A stretch of 64,000 nt of DNA from positions 180,417 through 244,416 of the forward strand of contig NW_003314281.1 of the NCBI RefSeq assembly GCF_000143415.4. Direction: 5' to 3'. The position numbers were made by a program, and so were the translations under genes. The notes under the pieces are model-generated. The model worked only from the letters and a program-made list of their open reading frames with translations, made no database searches and was not told the DNA's origin. Every line of letters starts with the position of its first letter. The stretch's first letter is position 1. Of this stretch, positions 14,104-28,770 are shown piece by piece. The stretch is from Selaginella moellendorffii (taxonomy: Eukaryota > Plantae > Lycopodiophyta).

Positions 14104-15866
14104 TCAGTCGAGGACGATAACTTCATCTTTCACTGAGGTTGGGCCCTTCTCGCGTAGAAGTCCACGATTGTGTGGATTCCATGGTCGAAAAGAGCCTTCC
14201 ACGCACGCGTGCTATGGGACAACAAGGAGCCAGAGAGATAAAGAGAAATCACAATTGGAAAAACAACCAGAGAAACTTCTACCTTGAGCCAAAAGAAAAA
14301 CTCGCGTAGTAGTCGAAGCTGCCTCTTTGGATCCACAGCCACCTTGAGAGCCGCTGCAAAATCTGTTAAAAAAAACGTTGAGTCCCAGAGTTGAGAAACA
14401 AAGTGGGAGACAATGTTGTTGTTTCTCACCTGGATGATGATCGAGGTAAGACAGGCCCTCCTTGCCATTCGGAAACTGGCAGCTGCGCTGGCCACGGAGA
14501 TCACGCGAGCGAATGATCGGCTTTTGAAGCCTAACGCTCTTGAACTTCTCTCGCAACTCCTGCGGGCAGAAAGGCCGGGAGAGCTCCTTGCGAAGCTTGT
14601 CACGAAACTCGTCCGCGTCTTGAGAAGTGCTATATTTGTTCACCGCAACCTGCTAGAGAGGGATAGAAACCAAGAACTTTAGTCGGACAAAGAAAATCTC
14701 GGAAAAGGAAGGGAAGAACTCACGAGGCTCCCGTCCGAGGACGAAGAATCCGACTGGTTGCCATTTTTCTCCTTGGACACTTCCTGTTGTTCCTCCTCCG
14801 CCTCACCGGGACCAAAAACGGGATCGTCCCACCTTCTATCAAACGCCTTGTGAACTGGAAAGTAAGAAGGCCTTGTTCGTTCTCGTCTTCCTCGAGCAGC
14901 AGCGGCCGCAGCGACGTTCCTCTCGTCCTCGAGCTTTTTCTTTCGTTCTAGCTCCTCCACTTTGGATTTCTTGTAGTTGAGCTCCTCCTGCGCTTCCTCC
15001 ACCTTTTGCCTGAGATTCTCGAGCATCCGCTGGCCTTCCTCCACCTCACACCGCATTTGCACGAGCTCGTCAACCTCCACTTTGACGTAAGGTTTCTTCT
15101 CCTCCACTGGAGCTCGATCGCGAGCACCAGCAGCCGTGATCTTCTTCTTCTTCCTCTTCTTTCCCATCCCCGGGACTCGCTGCCTCTCGTTGATCTCCCG
15201 GATCATGTCCTCCAGCATCGACCTCTTCTTTGCCGAATTTTTCATCGTCGCCCCCAAGTTCTTCCTCGCGGAAACTTTGCTGGGAGAAACTCTCGCTTCT
15301 TCCTCTTTGTAAATCGTTCGAGCTTGCTTTGCAACCGGAGGAGGCGGAGGAGGAGGAGAAGGAGGAGGAGGACGAGGGGGAAGAGCGTCCCTGGCCTCCG
15401 ATTTCTCCCTCGAGATTCCCTTGGATTTCTCAGGCTTTTCGCGGCGACTGGTTTTCTTGCCCTCTCGATCCAAATGCTCCTTCCAGACTGGAGTTCTGGC
15501 GCCACAGCCCTCGGACAGGCAAGCGCGCAGCGGCGTTCCAGCATCATCCTCAAGCTCTCGCTGCCGCTTCTCCATCATGCGCCGCTTCTTCCTGGCCATC
15601 TCCCCCGCCGACGATGCAAAGGGATCAAACCTCTCAATGCCGCGGATTTTGGCACGCAGCCGGTACCCCGATCGGACCCTCTCATCGCCGCCGCAGCTCC
15701 TCACGCATCTCCTCCTCCCCTCGCCTTCCGAGTCCTTCTCATCTGAGATGATGCACACCTCGATCTCCGGGGACTTTCGCTTCCTTTCTGCTAGAACCCC
15801 CATGCTCACCGATGACGAGCCCTCCATGGACGATCCCATCCACGAAGCGTCCTCCTCCCCTGCCAT
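14104..15866 (-). CDS. Uncharacterised basic/coiled-coil protein with a plant-type C-terminal domain; 4 exons
   Basis: Long first exon with poly-Pro, NLS-like and coiled-coil segments. The spliced C-terminus reads ELSRPFC..RSRDLRG..SYLDHHPDFAAAL..LRLLREFFFWLK|HACVEGSFRPW..VIVLD*, with the stop at 14104-14106. Confidence 0.7.
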
Positions 15867-16071
15867 CGTTGTGCCCTAAAATGGTTAAACCCCCGTACGT
15901 TGCAAGTATTATCCCGCGAATAAACCCACGAACAATGCCAGGAATCATTTCGTACAACTGCCCGTGCACGCATATACCACGAATAATCATTCCGTATTAC
16001 TCTCCCGTACACGAATATCCGACGAATCATTATTTGGTACGTATGCGACGAATAATTTACACCATTCCACT

Positions 16072-19347
<3,276 letters not shown>

Positions 19348-19699
19348 CCAAGAACCCTAAAACAATCTTTAACATATTGTATACGCCCTAGGGTTTTGAC
19401 ATTATCATTTTATTTGGTAAAGTCCATTTGGAGTATGCTCTATACGGATAGAGATTACGAAAACGAGCCCAGAAGCGCTCAAAGCGCGCTGACTCAAAAA
19501 TACCAACAAAAGAGGTACGTTCCTTTGGGAAGATTTAGGATAAGTTTATAAAATCTCTGACTACTTGTATTATAAGTTTTTTATATCTGTTTTGTTAAAA
19601 TAGATATGGCCCTCTTCACTTACAATTGGTAACTGCTTCTTAGTGTTCTCTTTCTCAGGTTCCGGTTGATCGAGATGTTGGACCTGCTTGCTTCCTTAT

Positions 19700-21450
19700 A
19701 GGCGGAGCAAGCTGCAATATATTTCCTGGTCTCAAAATCACCAGTCCAATCAGCATCACAAAATCCACAAAAGCCAGCATCTAGAATAGAAGAGTAAGTG
19801 AGGACAAAGAACCAAGTCTCTTGAATATAGCGCCTGCCAATGTGCCATGCCTGGATTCTCGGAAAACTTGGCAACAACGCCACTGCATATGCTAGATCTG
19901 GATGAGTGATCTGGATGGCAGCTCGATAAGGAAAATGTTACATGGCTTCACGATCAACTGGAACTTCTGGAGACTGATCAAAGGAGAGATGAAGATTAAT
20001 CAGGTGTCAAAACTGGAGTAGAATCCTGCATCTGAAAGGGCTGTAAAACCTCGTGAGTGTATTGCTGCTGAAATAGATAAAGAGAGCCACGAACTCTATC
20101 TCATCGCGAAATATGAAGGCTGAGACAATACTGAATCTCGCCTACATTATCCATCTCAAACTGAGATGTGATCTCTGATTTAATCTCATGAAGAAAGACA
20201 GATTGTTGGAGTCTAAGGTGAAATCATCAACGTAAAGAGCCAATATCATAAGCAAGTCACCAAAGCGTTTGTAATAAACATTTTGATCAGCTGCATTCAA
20301 TAGATAATAGAAAGCTATCCATCTTGGTGAACCAAGCTTAGGGAGATTGCTTTAAACTGTATAAGGATTTGATAAGTTTACACACTTTCCTTGGACTGTA
20401 ATCTAGTTGTATTGCACTGCTAATGCTAGCATCACTCATATAGTTCGAACCACTGGAGATTAAAGAATTGTATTTAGAGTCCAGGGCTGCTCTCCAAGCA
20501 GAGGCATGTGGACCTGATAATGCTTCATCAACTGACTGTGGCTCAGGAATAGTTTCAGCAAAATAACATCAAGTAGAATTAGACTTGAATAGCTGTAAGT
20601 TTCCTAGGCGGGCCAACTGAGAAGTGGACGGCCAGAACAGGGATGTCCAATAATAGTGCATCCAAAAGTATCACTTTGAGATTGAGGCTGATCACCATCA
20701 TCATGGGGTGGAATAGGCAGTGGTGGCGGCAGACGTGAATTTATAAGTGGCGGTGGTGGGGGTGCTCCCACTGGAACTGGAAAATCTGCTATTGGATAGC
20801 CATCAACCAGCTTGCATGTTGCAAGGGTTGATTGTTCAGGCTGCTTGAAAGGAAATATATCTTCAATCACATGAACATAAAGAACTCTACATCTCTATAA
20901 CCAACAAATCTAGAGGCGAACTTTGTGAAAAACTCTAAGGGTCAATAACCAGATGGAGTTTTCACTACAAAAGCAGCAGTTGGGAGCCAATTCCTCAAAT
21001 ATGCAGTAGTCACTAACGCCTCTCCCCGGTAGGCATCCAGCATGAGAAGCATAGTGCAAAGTTGCTTCAACCAAGGTTCTATTATTTGAGCATAAAACCT
21101 TAACAACTTTCTATGTTTGCTTCTCAACTTTAGCATGAAAATCCTTGAAGTGTTGGAAAACGTCTCTCTTGTGCTTCATGAGACGAACATCAACTTTGTG
21201 AAAAAAAGTCATCAATAAACATGACAATTACCACCAATAGAGGTGTCTCCCATGTCACATACATCTGAGTGGATGAGCTGCAACAGGAAAAGGATAGTGA
21301 TGATGCTTGCCTTGAATGCAAGCCTCGCAATCAACTAAACCATCATGCTGGTCCAAGTCACAAGCAGTAACGAGGTGTTTCTTGACCAGGGCTGGTGTAC
21401 ACGTTGAAAGCAGCAGTGCCACAGCACCTCTTGTCAATTTTGGGAAGCTT
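19700..21450 (-). mobile_element. Degenerate Ty1/copia pol remnant (pre-integrase, integrase, RT and RNase H fragments)
   Basis: CEACIQGKHH (pre-integrase), EALVTTAYLRNWLPT, LKQSP, ALYVDD and GFCDADWTGD. Many stops, no LTRs seen, boundaries approximate. Confidence 0.85.
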
Positions 21451-21522
21451 GCTTCCATAGATAGACTCGACGCCTTTTCCGAACCATAAATAGGAAAGCT
21501 ACCAAGGGCAAGCGGTGCAAGT

Positions 21523-24258
21523 ATGGACCACCAAGCGCTTCTCAAGGTACTGTGGTCGACCGTTCCCCGCCGAAAGTATGCCACGGGAGGCGAGGTTGAT
21601 GCAAGCAAATTTGCCATGCCTGCCTCCTTGCGAGTGGAGGGCGCTGGAGATCTCGCCCTCCCTCTCTCCAACGATGGCTTTCTCAAGCTCAAGGCCGTGT
21701 CGCAGCAAGCACCCTATGGAAAGGGCGAGGAAACTTTGCTCGACACCGACGTCCGCCGCGCATGGCAAGTGGAGGCATCCAAGGTGAGTTGCCCCCAAAC
21801 CCCAGACTTTTTTTCAAAGGTGGTACTCGACATGGCTGTTCCCGCGATGGAGGTGCTGGGGATCGATGCAGCTGCGCTTGGCTTGGACGTGAGACTGTAT
21901 AAGCTGCTACTGTATGAGCAAGGTGGCCACTTCAAGTCTCACAGGGATACAGAGAAGGAAGATGGCATGTTTGCGACGATGATCTTGCAGCTTCCAACGC
22001 GGTCCGGGCACGAGGGTGGCAATCTGACGATTCGTCACGGGAGGAAGAAGAGTGTCACTTTTGATTTCTCTGGCGCTGCTTCGAGGACGGGGTACTTTCA
22101 GACGGCTTTTTTCTGCGACTGCGTGCACAAGCTGGCTGAAGTGACAAGTGGAACAAGGCTCTGCCTAGTGTTTAGCCTGGTACGGAGCAACGCAAAGTTT
22201 GTGGATGTGGATCCTCGCAAGGTTCCACACTACTTGTCAGCTCTCGGGAGCGTTCAAAGCCAGCTGAAGGAATGGGCCGAGGAAGTGAAAGGCACCTCGT
22301 CACCAATCCTCGCGATTCCGCTGGGTCACAAGTACTCGAAAAACAGCTTGAGCTTTGCGGGGCTCAAGGGACACGACAGCGTTGTGGCGGCACTTGTGCT
22401 GAGCTGCACTGGCTTTCTGGAAGTTCATCTCTGCATGCTTGTGAAGGAAACCATCTCGAACAATGTTTCTGACTCATTCGAGGCTGAATACCATGTGGAG
22501 GACTGGACAACGATAGACGATAAAAAACCCGAGCACCTCAAAAGTGGCAGCTTGTCTATAGAAAATCAGGTTGTGAGGGACGACAGCGACGAGGATGATC
22601 CTTTTGGCAGCGGCAAACCAGACAAGAAAGAGATTGAGTCGTACAATGGCAACGATGGCGGTGATATAAACTCGTTCTATCACACTGCTGCTCTGGTCGT
22701 GTGGCCCAAGGATTGCAGAATCGTGGCGCTGTGCGACACACAGTCCATTGAAAGTGTAGTGAAGTGGCTCGAGGAGCAGCACAAAAGCGAGCCTGGCCGG
22801 ACGAGTGGGTATTTAGAGCAATACTTGTCTGCCTTGGCAAGTCAGAAATCTGATTCTGATTGGGAGAAGCCTTTTGAGATTCTGTTACAGTTTTGTATCA
22901 AGTACGACTTTCGAGACGCAACCTTCTTGGTCATGAAGAAGTGGGGGATGAAGCTCATGGAAACAGCAGCGCAGACTATGGTTGCCGCGGTACAAAAGTA
23001 TGGATGGGATGAATGCTACAGCGTGGTGATTGAGGGGCTGTTGCAGAAGGAAGATAAGGTGCCTGAGGAGATTGTAAGCTTTGCTGAGCATCTGAGTGAG
23101 AGTGGCTTGCAGGATGCTGCTGTAGTCTTTGCACAGAAGCTCTTGGCGGAGAAAGTCTGCAAGGACAACAGGTTCTTGACACGTTTGCTGCGCTTGTTCG
23201 TCACGTGTGGACGTGAAGATGAGGCATGGACGATTTTGGGTATGGCACCCACACTTACTAAGTGCTTGGTCCAAATAGGAAAAAAATGGGGAGAGCAGAG
23301 CCTTCCTCGCATCGAAGAGTTTTGGGAGAAGACACTGACAATCAACGAGGCCAGGTGGGAGAGTGAGGCAGAGAAGCCCGAGAGGCATGGAGGATATTTG
23401 TCTAGTTACTGTCCAACTTCACCAGAGAAAAAAAAGGAAAAGCTGGCTAAGCTCCAGCAGGAAGGAAGGAGGACATTTCTGGGAAGTGTTGCGGACATTG
23501 TTCTGGCGCTTGAGTCTGAAGGGTGTCATGATGTTGCAATGGCCTTGGCAAGCAAGAGATTCATCAGGGATGTTGACCTCGAAGAAATCTATGGTGGGCT
23601 AAGTGAAATTAAGAGTGATGATGCGCTTGTGCTGCTATTGACTTTCGACGAGAAGTTCCATGAAGTTGTGAGGACATCGATGTATTGTCGTAGTGGTCTA
23701 GGTCTACTAGAGACAGTGGTGAGAATGAAAGAAGCAGCGGGGCTGTTTGGCTTGAAGAAGGATGAAAAAATGACACAGCTCTTCTCGGAACTCTTGTCAA
23801 AAGCATTTGTAAAGTTTGGTCACTACCAGGAGCTGGCTGAAGTTGCAATTTGGCTGGGCAATGAGGAAATGGTAGAAAGCATAGTAAAGCATGTGAGAAG
23901 TGGTGATTCTTATCTTTTTGAGGATGAAGAAGATGCTGAAGATGCTGAAGATTTTGCTGAAGAATTGGTTGAGAGAGCGAAGACATGGGACGATGTTGGT
24001 AGAAACGGGTTGAAGAAAGTGATCAATGCTAAAATTCACTTCTTTTCAGGCAATGAAGATCATAACGAGGTGAGTAGCAGCGATGAAGGGGTCGATGATG
24101 TGGACGAAGAAGATGAGGAGGAAGAAGAAGAAAATGAGAAAGGAACTAAACGCCAAAAACTAAACCCGAGGGTTGAGCGTGTTGAGTATGACCAAAGGTT
24201 GGAAAACTCAAGTGCCAAGATCGAGAGGCTGCGTAAGCTTCTGAACAATTTGGCGTGA
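21523..24258 (+). CDS. Intronless 911-aa protein: N-terminal 2OG-Fe(II) dioxygenase (P4H-like) domain plus helical, acidic C-terminus
   Basis: LYKLLLYEQGGHFKSHRDTEK (HxD), HEGGNL, AFFCDCVHKLAEVTSGTRLCLVFSL (distal His and Arg) and LGHKYSKNSLSFAGLKGHD, in an uninterrupted ORF. Confidence 0.88.
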   Translation: MDHQALLKVLWSTVPRRKYATGGEVDASKFAMPASLRVEGAGDLALPLSNDGFLKLKAVSQQAPYGKGEETLLDTDVRRAWQVEASKVSCPQTPDFFSKVVLDMAVPAMEVLGIDAAALGLDVRLYKLLLYEQGGHFKSHRDTEKEDGMFATMILQLPTRSGHEGGNLTIRHGRKKSVTFDFSGAASRTGYFQTAFFCDCVHKLAEVTSGTRLCLVFSLVRSNAKFVDVDPRKVPHYLSALGSVQSQLKEWAEEVKGTSSPILAIPLGHKYSKNSLSFAGLKGHDSVVAALVLSCTGFLEVHLCMLVKETISNNVSDSFEAEYHVEDWTTIDDKKPEHLKSGSLSIENQVVRDDSDEDDPFGSGKPDKKEIESYNGNDGGDINSFYHTAALVVWPKDCRIVALCDTQSIESVVKWLEEQHKSEPGRTSGYLEQYLSALASQKSDSDWEKPFEILLQFCIKYDFRDATFLVMKKWGMKLMETAAQTMVAAVQKYGWDECYSVVIEGLLQKEDKVPEEIVSFAEHLSESGLQDAAVVFAQKLLAEKVCKDNRFLTRLLRLFVTCGREDEAWTILGMAPTLTKCLVQIGKKWGEQSLPRIEEFWEKTLTINEARWESEAEKPERHGGYLSSYCPTSPEKKKEKLAKLQQEGRRTFLGSVADIVLALESEGCHDVAMALASKRFIRDVDLEEIYGGLSEIKSDDALVLLLTFDEKFHEVVRTSMYCRSGLGLLETVVRMKEAAGLFGLKKDEKMTQLFSELLSKAFVKFGHYQELAEVAIWLGNEEMVESIVKHVRSGDSYLFEDEEDAEDAEDFAEELVERAKTWDDVGRNGLKKVINAKIHFFSGNEDHNEVSSSDEGVDDVDEEDEEEEEENEKGTKRQKLNPRVERVEYDQRLENSSAKIERLRKLLNNLA

Positions 24259-24344
24259 ATGTCTTTATTTTGATTTATTTCAGTCTTATTATTCCTATTT
24301 AAAAGTAGCCCGCTTTTTACGTCTTTTTGATAGGTAGTTTCAAA

Positions 24345-24650
24345 TCACCATCTGGTGCCACAGTTAAGCGACTACAGTCTCGCTCATCCCGATTGATGAT
24401 GCTACCATGCCATCCAGCTTCGACTTCCATCGCTCGATCCACCCTCTGTTGTCACGGCACGGATTCCATCTGATGATCTCACACTTGAGCTTGGTGACCT
24501 TGGCTGAAAGAGTTTCGTTGTCGAGCTTGATGCAAACTTTGGCAATGTGTTGACGGAGCTCGTCGAAGTTGACCTAGGCAGCTTGGATCTTGTAAACCTT
24601 GTATATGCCCTGGAACGAGCTTCCCGGTTGTGCTCGGATCCTTGATTGAA
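24345..24650 (-). pseudogene. Deleted, degenerate copy of the 3' part of the LEA_2 gene at 44.1-44.5 kb
   Basis: Shared blocks such as CCAGCTTCGACTTCCATCGCTCGATCC and GATGATCTCACACTTGAGCTTGGTGACCTTG occur at both loci. Confidence 0.85.
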
Positions 24651-24651
24651 A

Positions 24652-24805
24652 AAGTGTGTCTCACCTTGAAATATGGCTCTTGAAGCCTGCCAAGAGGAAG
24701 TGAAACTGGAAAGATCGAAACTCTACCACACCAGCTCTTTCTTCATGTTTCATAGTCATCACGAAGAACCATAAGAGGACAGTCTTTTCCTGGGATTGTC
24801 TTTAA
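24652..24805 (-). pseudogene. Deleted fragment of the JmjC gene 3' region (parent about 16592-16970)
   Basis: AGTGTGTCTCACCTTGAAATATGGCTC, TTGAAGCCTGCC and AAGAGGACAGTCTTTTCC match the parent in the same order. Confidence 0.85.
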
Positions 24806-24905
24806 CTTTCTTTTAGACTATATTAGTATTTACACTAATTATTTAAGTTAGAATTCCCTACTTTATAATGTATATTTATATAATATTTTATAAAATCCTT
24901 TTGAG

Positions 24906-25075
24906 TGTAATTATAGGATATGCCATATTTTATTTTAGATGTGTGTTACTAGCATAGTGGGATTTTGATACTTGTCAGATTGGTTTCAATTCAGACCACT
25001 TACTCTTATATATATGCTAGGGTTTTTGGGCTATGTATATTTCTATATTCTTTTTCCATATTTCATACACTCACA
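24906..25075 (+). mobile_element. LTR copy of the same family as 29175-29339 (opposite orientation), followed by PBS-like TTGGTA; integrase fragment near 25350-25470
   Basis: Reverse-complement similarity to 29175-29339 (ATAGTGGGATTTTG..., CTAGGGTTTTTGG). Ends in CACA. Left boundary approximate. Confidence 0.7.
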
Positions 25076-25641
25076 TTGGTAGAGATAAAGAGCAAATTTG
25101 ATGAGGAGTGCTTGGATTTGGGATTTTAGTTTAGATTTAGCTTTTGCATAATTTAAATCTCCCTTTCCTTCTAGTTTTTTTCCATTTATTTTCTTTTGCT
25201 TTTTTCTTTTCATTCATCTTCATGGTAGAGCAATAATCTCTTCCTCTTACTTTATAGCAATAGTTAGTACAATTGCTTAATGCTATGTGATTGCATTTGA
25301 ACAACCAAACTCAATTGATAGCGGTATTCACGGCACATGGTATAACTCTTCCTACTTTTATTGTGCACACTTAATTCCAACTATGGAAACAATGAATGCG
25401 AAGAAAGCATCAAAGCTCTTTTTCCATAAAATAGTACGGGTTTATAGTCTTCCCAAAGAGATATTTTTTTGTTCTTTACAATCCAATACACTTCTCTGTC
25501 TTTGTGAATGGAAAAGAACAGTTACAACTCTTCAAGAGCCCCACACTTTTGACATCCTACCCATTAGATTAACTAGAGACCAAATATTAATTTTAATATG
25601 TGGTATAATTTCCCTAGCTAATCAATAGAGTTTAATACTAA

Positions 25642-25824
25642 ATGTAAATTCTTAAATTTGGACTTTTTGGGAGGTCACATAACCAAGAACCCAAAGATGT
25701 TTAACTCTAAGTATTCCAAAACCCTTAACCAATTAAAAAATGGTACTCTTGTTTATGGGTCTTTTCCTTTTATATTTAAACTTTTATAGATAATTTGTCA
25801 AGTTGTTTTCTTTTGTTGAGTACA
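25642..25824 (-). mobile_element. Decayed solo LTR of the Cassandra-like TRIM family
   Basis: TGTAAA..TACA termini. Colinear with LTR 31957-32150 (TTTGGACTT..GGGAGGTCAC..ACCCTTAAC..ACTCTTGTT). Confidence 0.75.
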
Positions 25825-28563
25825 CTTATTAGCAATAAAAATTAAGGAATGGACAACCTTAAATGATTTAGTAGCTACACTCAACTCCTTAAATACTACT
25901 AGTTTATATGAATTTACAATTTATGCCAAAGCTATCATGTTTAGCTTCTTGAATGTGCATTTTTTACATTGTAGATCCTTTGTGTTGAATCTTATCACAA
26001 TGTTAAATCATTCCACCCAAAATATAAATGTAAAATATTGATCAACTTTATCATTTTTGGCATACTTGATTATGCTCCTCTTAGATAACAATATCAATAT
26101 TGAGGTGTTTTCTCTTCAAGCTGTCCAAATTCTTATTAATGTCATATTGGAGAAACAAAATAAAAAATAAAAAAATTTAAATATTTAAGAAAATTTAAAT
26201 GCCTTGAATAGAATATGTATATAGATGTATTAAAGAAACTTGGTAGCTATTATGCTTCTTAGACTAGTTTTCATTAGCTATTATCATGTTAAACTAGATT
26301 TTTTGCTTCATGAGTTTGTTTATAATATTGATAGCATTTACTTGGAAAATGTTTCACATAACTATGATTGTGTATGGAAAAGTTGTTTTAACTACCACAT
26401 CTTTATATAAAAATAATTATATTTAACAAAGAATCTAAAAAAGAAATAAGTGTATCTATTCATTAAAGTTAAAGTTGTAATGAGCACCATATGATCTTTA
26501 TCTTAAAACTCTAGCATTGCAACATCTACTATAACATAATATCTCATAATCTCCTTATCAAGTAAATTTGGATAGCTCAAAATTATCCATAGCAATTATG
26601 CCTCAAGTTGGTAATTTCCTTCCTATATAAGCAATATCTGATTAAAAAAAACCTTCTTTTATTTAACACAAGTTTCATCTATTAAAGTTATTAAATCATT
26701 GTCATATTTTATTCCATTAAGCTCTTTTCTCCTTCAAGAGCATTAGATCTTTCATCATGATAAATTTTAACTCTATATTCACAAAACCTCATTGTTGAAT
26801 AAAAAACTTAATTTAGTCTATAATATCCACCACTAATCACATAATTGGATTTGAAAGATCACTTTTATTTTAAATTTCAAGGGACACTATTTAAAACTTC
26901 CTTTTATATTAATGGTTTTTCTTTCCACTTTTATTTTACTTTAACTTCATCCTTGGCTTCACTTTATTCCTTTGTAACTATCTTTTTTTGTGTAGCTTGA
27001 CTCTCTAAAGGGTCAAGGCCATTATGTTCATCTTTTTCATCTTGCAATTATTCCTTAAACTCATTTCCCGATGATTTAAGATTTTCAATCTACTTGGGAT
27101 TTATAATTTGCTCATTTTCAAAAGAATTACTTGACAAAGCTTAAGAAATATTTTATTGCCGATATTGTGGCTATATTTTTTATGGTTTTTATAAAATTAT
27201 TCTCAATAAATATTGCCTTTTTATACGTGTTCAAGCAAATTGGTGAAGTCTATAAAGCACAAGTATAAACCTAAGAAAAAAAATTGAAGATCAATAATTG
27301 AATTATAAGGTGGCTCAACTGGTGGTAGCTTCAATTATAGGATTTAGCTATGGTTCAAGTTGTAAAGAGAGCCATGACACCAATCCCCCTTATATAGCAA
27401 GTTAAGCTTTACCACCACTTGAGCTACTATAAGGTAGTTATGATGTTGCTCCTTTTCATGTGTATCATAAATGTGATTATAGATATTAAAAGATGTTTAT
27501 CAATAAATACTTTTGGATATTTTTCTCTTACTTTCGTAATGGCAAGAAATCATTGTTATACCTTTATAAATCTCCACCCAAATTAGTTAATAAACTAGTC
27601 TTTACATGTATAATTGGTTAGAAGAGCATAAAAATGGAATTTTTAAGTGTTATTAGTCAAACATACTTAACATAGTTGGAGAAACTCATTCTAAATATTT
27701 CAAATGTTCCAAGTGTATAGAGATAGTGGATAAGTCTTAATCCTAGCCCTAACCCAATTCTATATCAACTCTAGAAACCCTTAAAAGCCTTAAATCATCT
27801 TTTAACAATAAAATATTACTATTATAACTTGATTTCTCTTGAAGAATATTTTTATTTTAAGTATAGTTGAAGATCCAATAATACATGATGTTGTGATGAT
27901 GATAATAAAATATCAAGAGTACTAGAAATAAAGTTGTTAGTAGAGATGGGATCCTTATATGGTTTTTTTTAGCTTCAAACTTAATCTGATTAGAATGCTA
28001 CAAAGGGCTCAAGGTATGGGGTTGTTTTGGGTTAATATGATAAAGAATTCTTTAAATGGAAAAATGTATTATACACAAATTCGATTGGAAAAGCAAAATT
28101 TCAATTAAAAGAGTTTATGGTAGATGCCTAAATGCAAACCAAAAAGGATTTTTTTTCAACAATAAATGAAAAAAAGCCATTTCCATTATCGATAATGGCA
28201 AGCTTTTCAATGGTAGTGGCAAACTCAACAAAAAATATGGATACAAAAGGATATATAAGTAGTGGATTTGTGTTTGAGGTACTAAAGGTTATAAAAATTA
28301 CAAGCATATTGATTTGAAACATCAATATAATAACTCTTATGAACTAATTTAGACTTTTTGAAAATTATGATAGAGAGGTCTTTTAGCTTCCACCTTTTAT
28401 AGTATGTAGATTACTATATAAATTTAACACACTCAATAATCCTCCACAACATTGTACAGTTCATATCCAAAAATTAGAATATAGACTATAGATTTGGCTA
28501 ATTGAAGAAAGGGTATAACAAAAGTTAAGCATCAGGCTTTAGTGGAAATAAGATTAATCTCAA

Positions 28564-28770
28564 TGTAAGCTCTTGAATTTTGACTTTTGAAAAAGTCACC
28601 CAATTTAGTATTACCCAACTTACTATTACTCAAATTCAACGACACTTAACCTCAAATATCCAAAGATTTTTAACCGATTGAAAAATAAAGTTTACTCTTG
28701 TTCATAAACCTTTTCTCTTTATTTTTGAACTCTTTACATAAAGTGTCTATTATGTATTTTTTTTCTTACA
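28564..28770 (-). mobile_element. Decayed solo LTR of the Cassandra-like TRIM family
   Basis: TGTAAGCTC..CTTACA termini. Colinear with LTR 31957-32150 (GTCACCCA, CTTAAC, CAAATATCC, ACTCTTGTTCAT). Confidence 0.75.

Noticed and set aside
15006-15879. Plus-strand ORFs over the 14.1-15.9 kb gene, and similar antisense ORFs over the PPR, GDSL and exostosin genes
   Set aside because: These are shadow ORFs of GC-rich coding sequence with no motifs.
26000-28480. Possible DNA-transposase remnant
   Set aside because: It looks like decayed coding sequence, but no motif can be identified with confidence by eye. BLASTX is needed.
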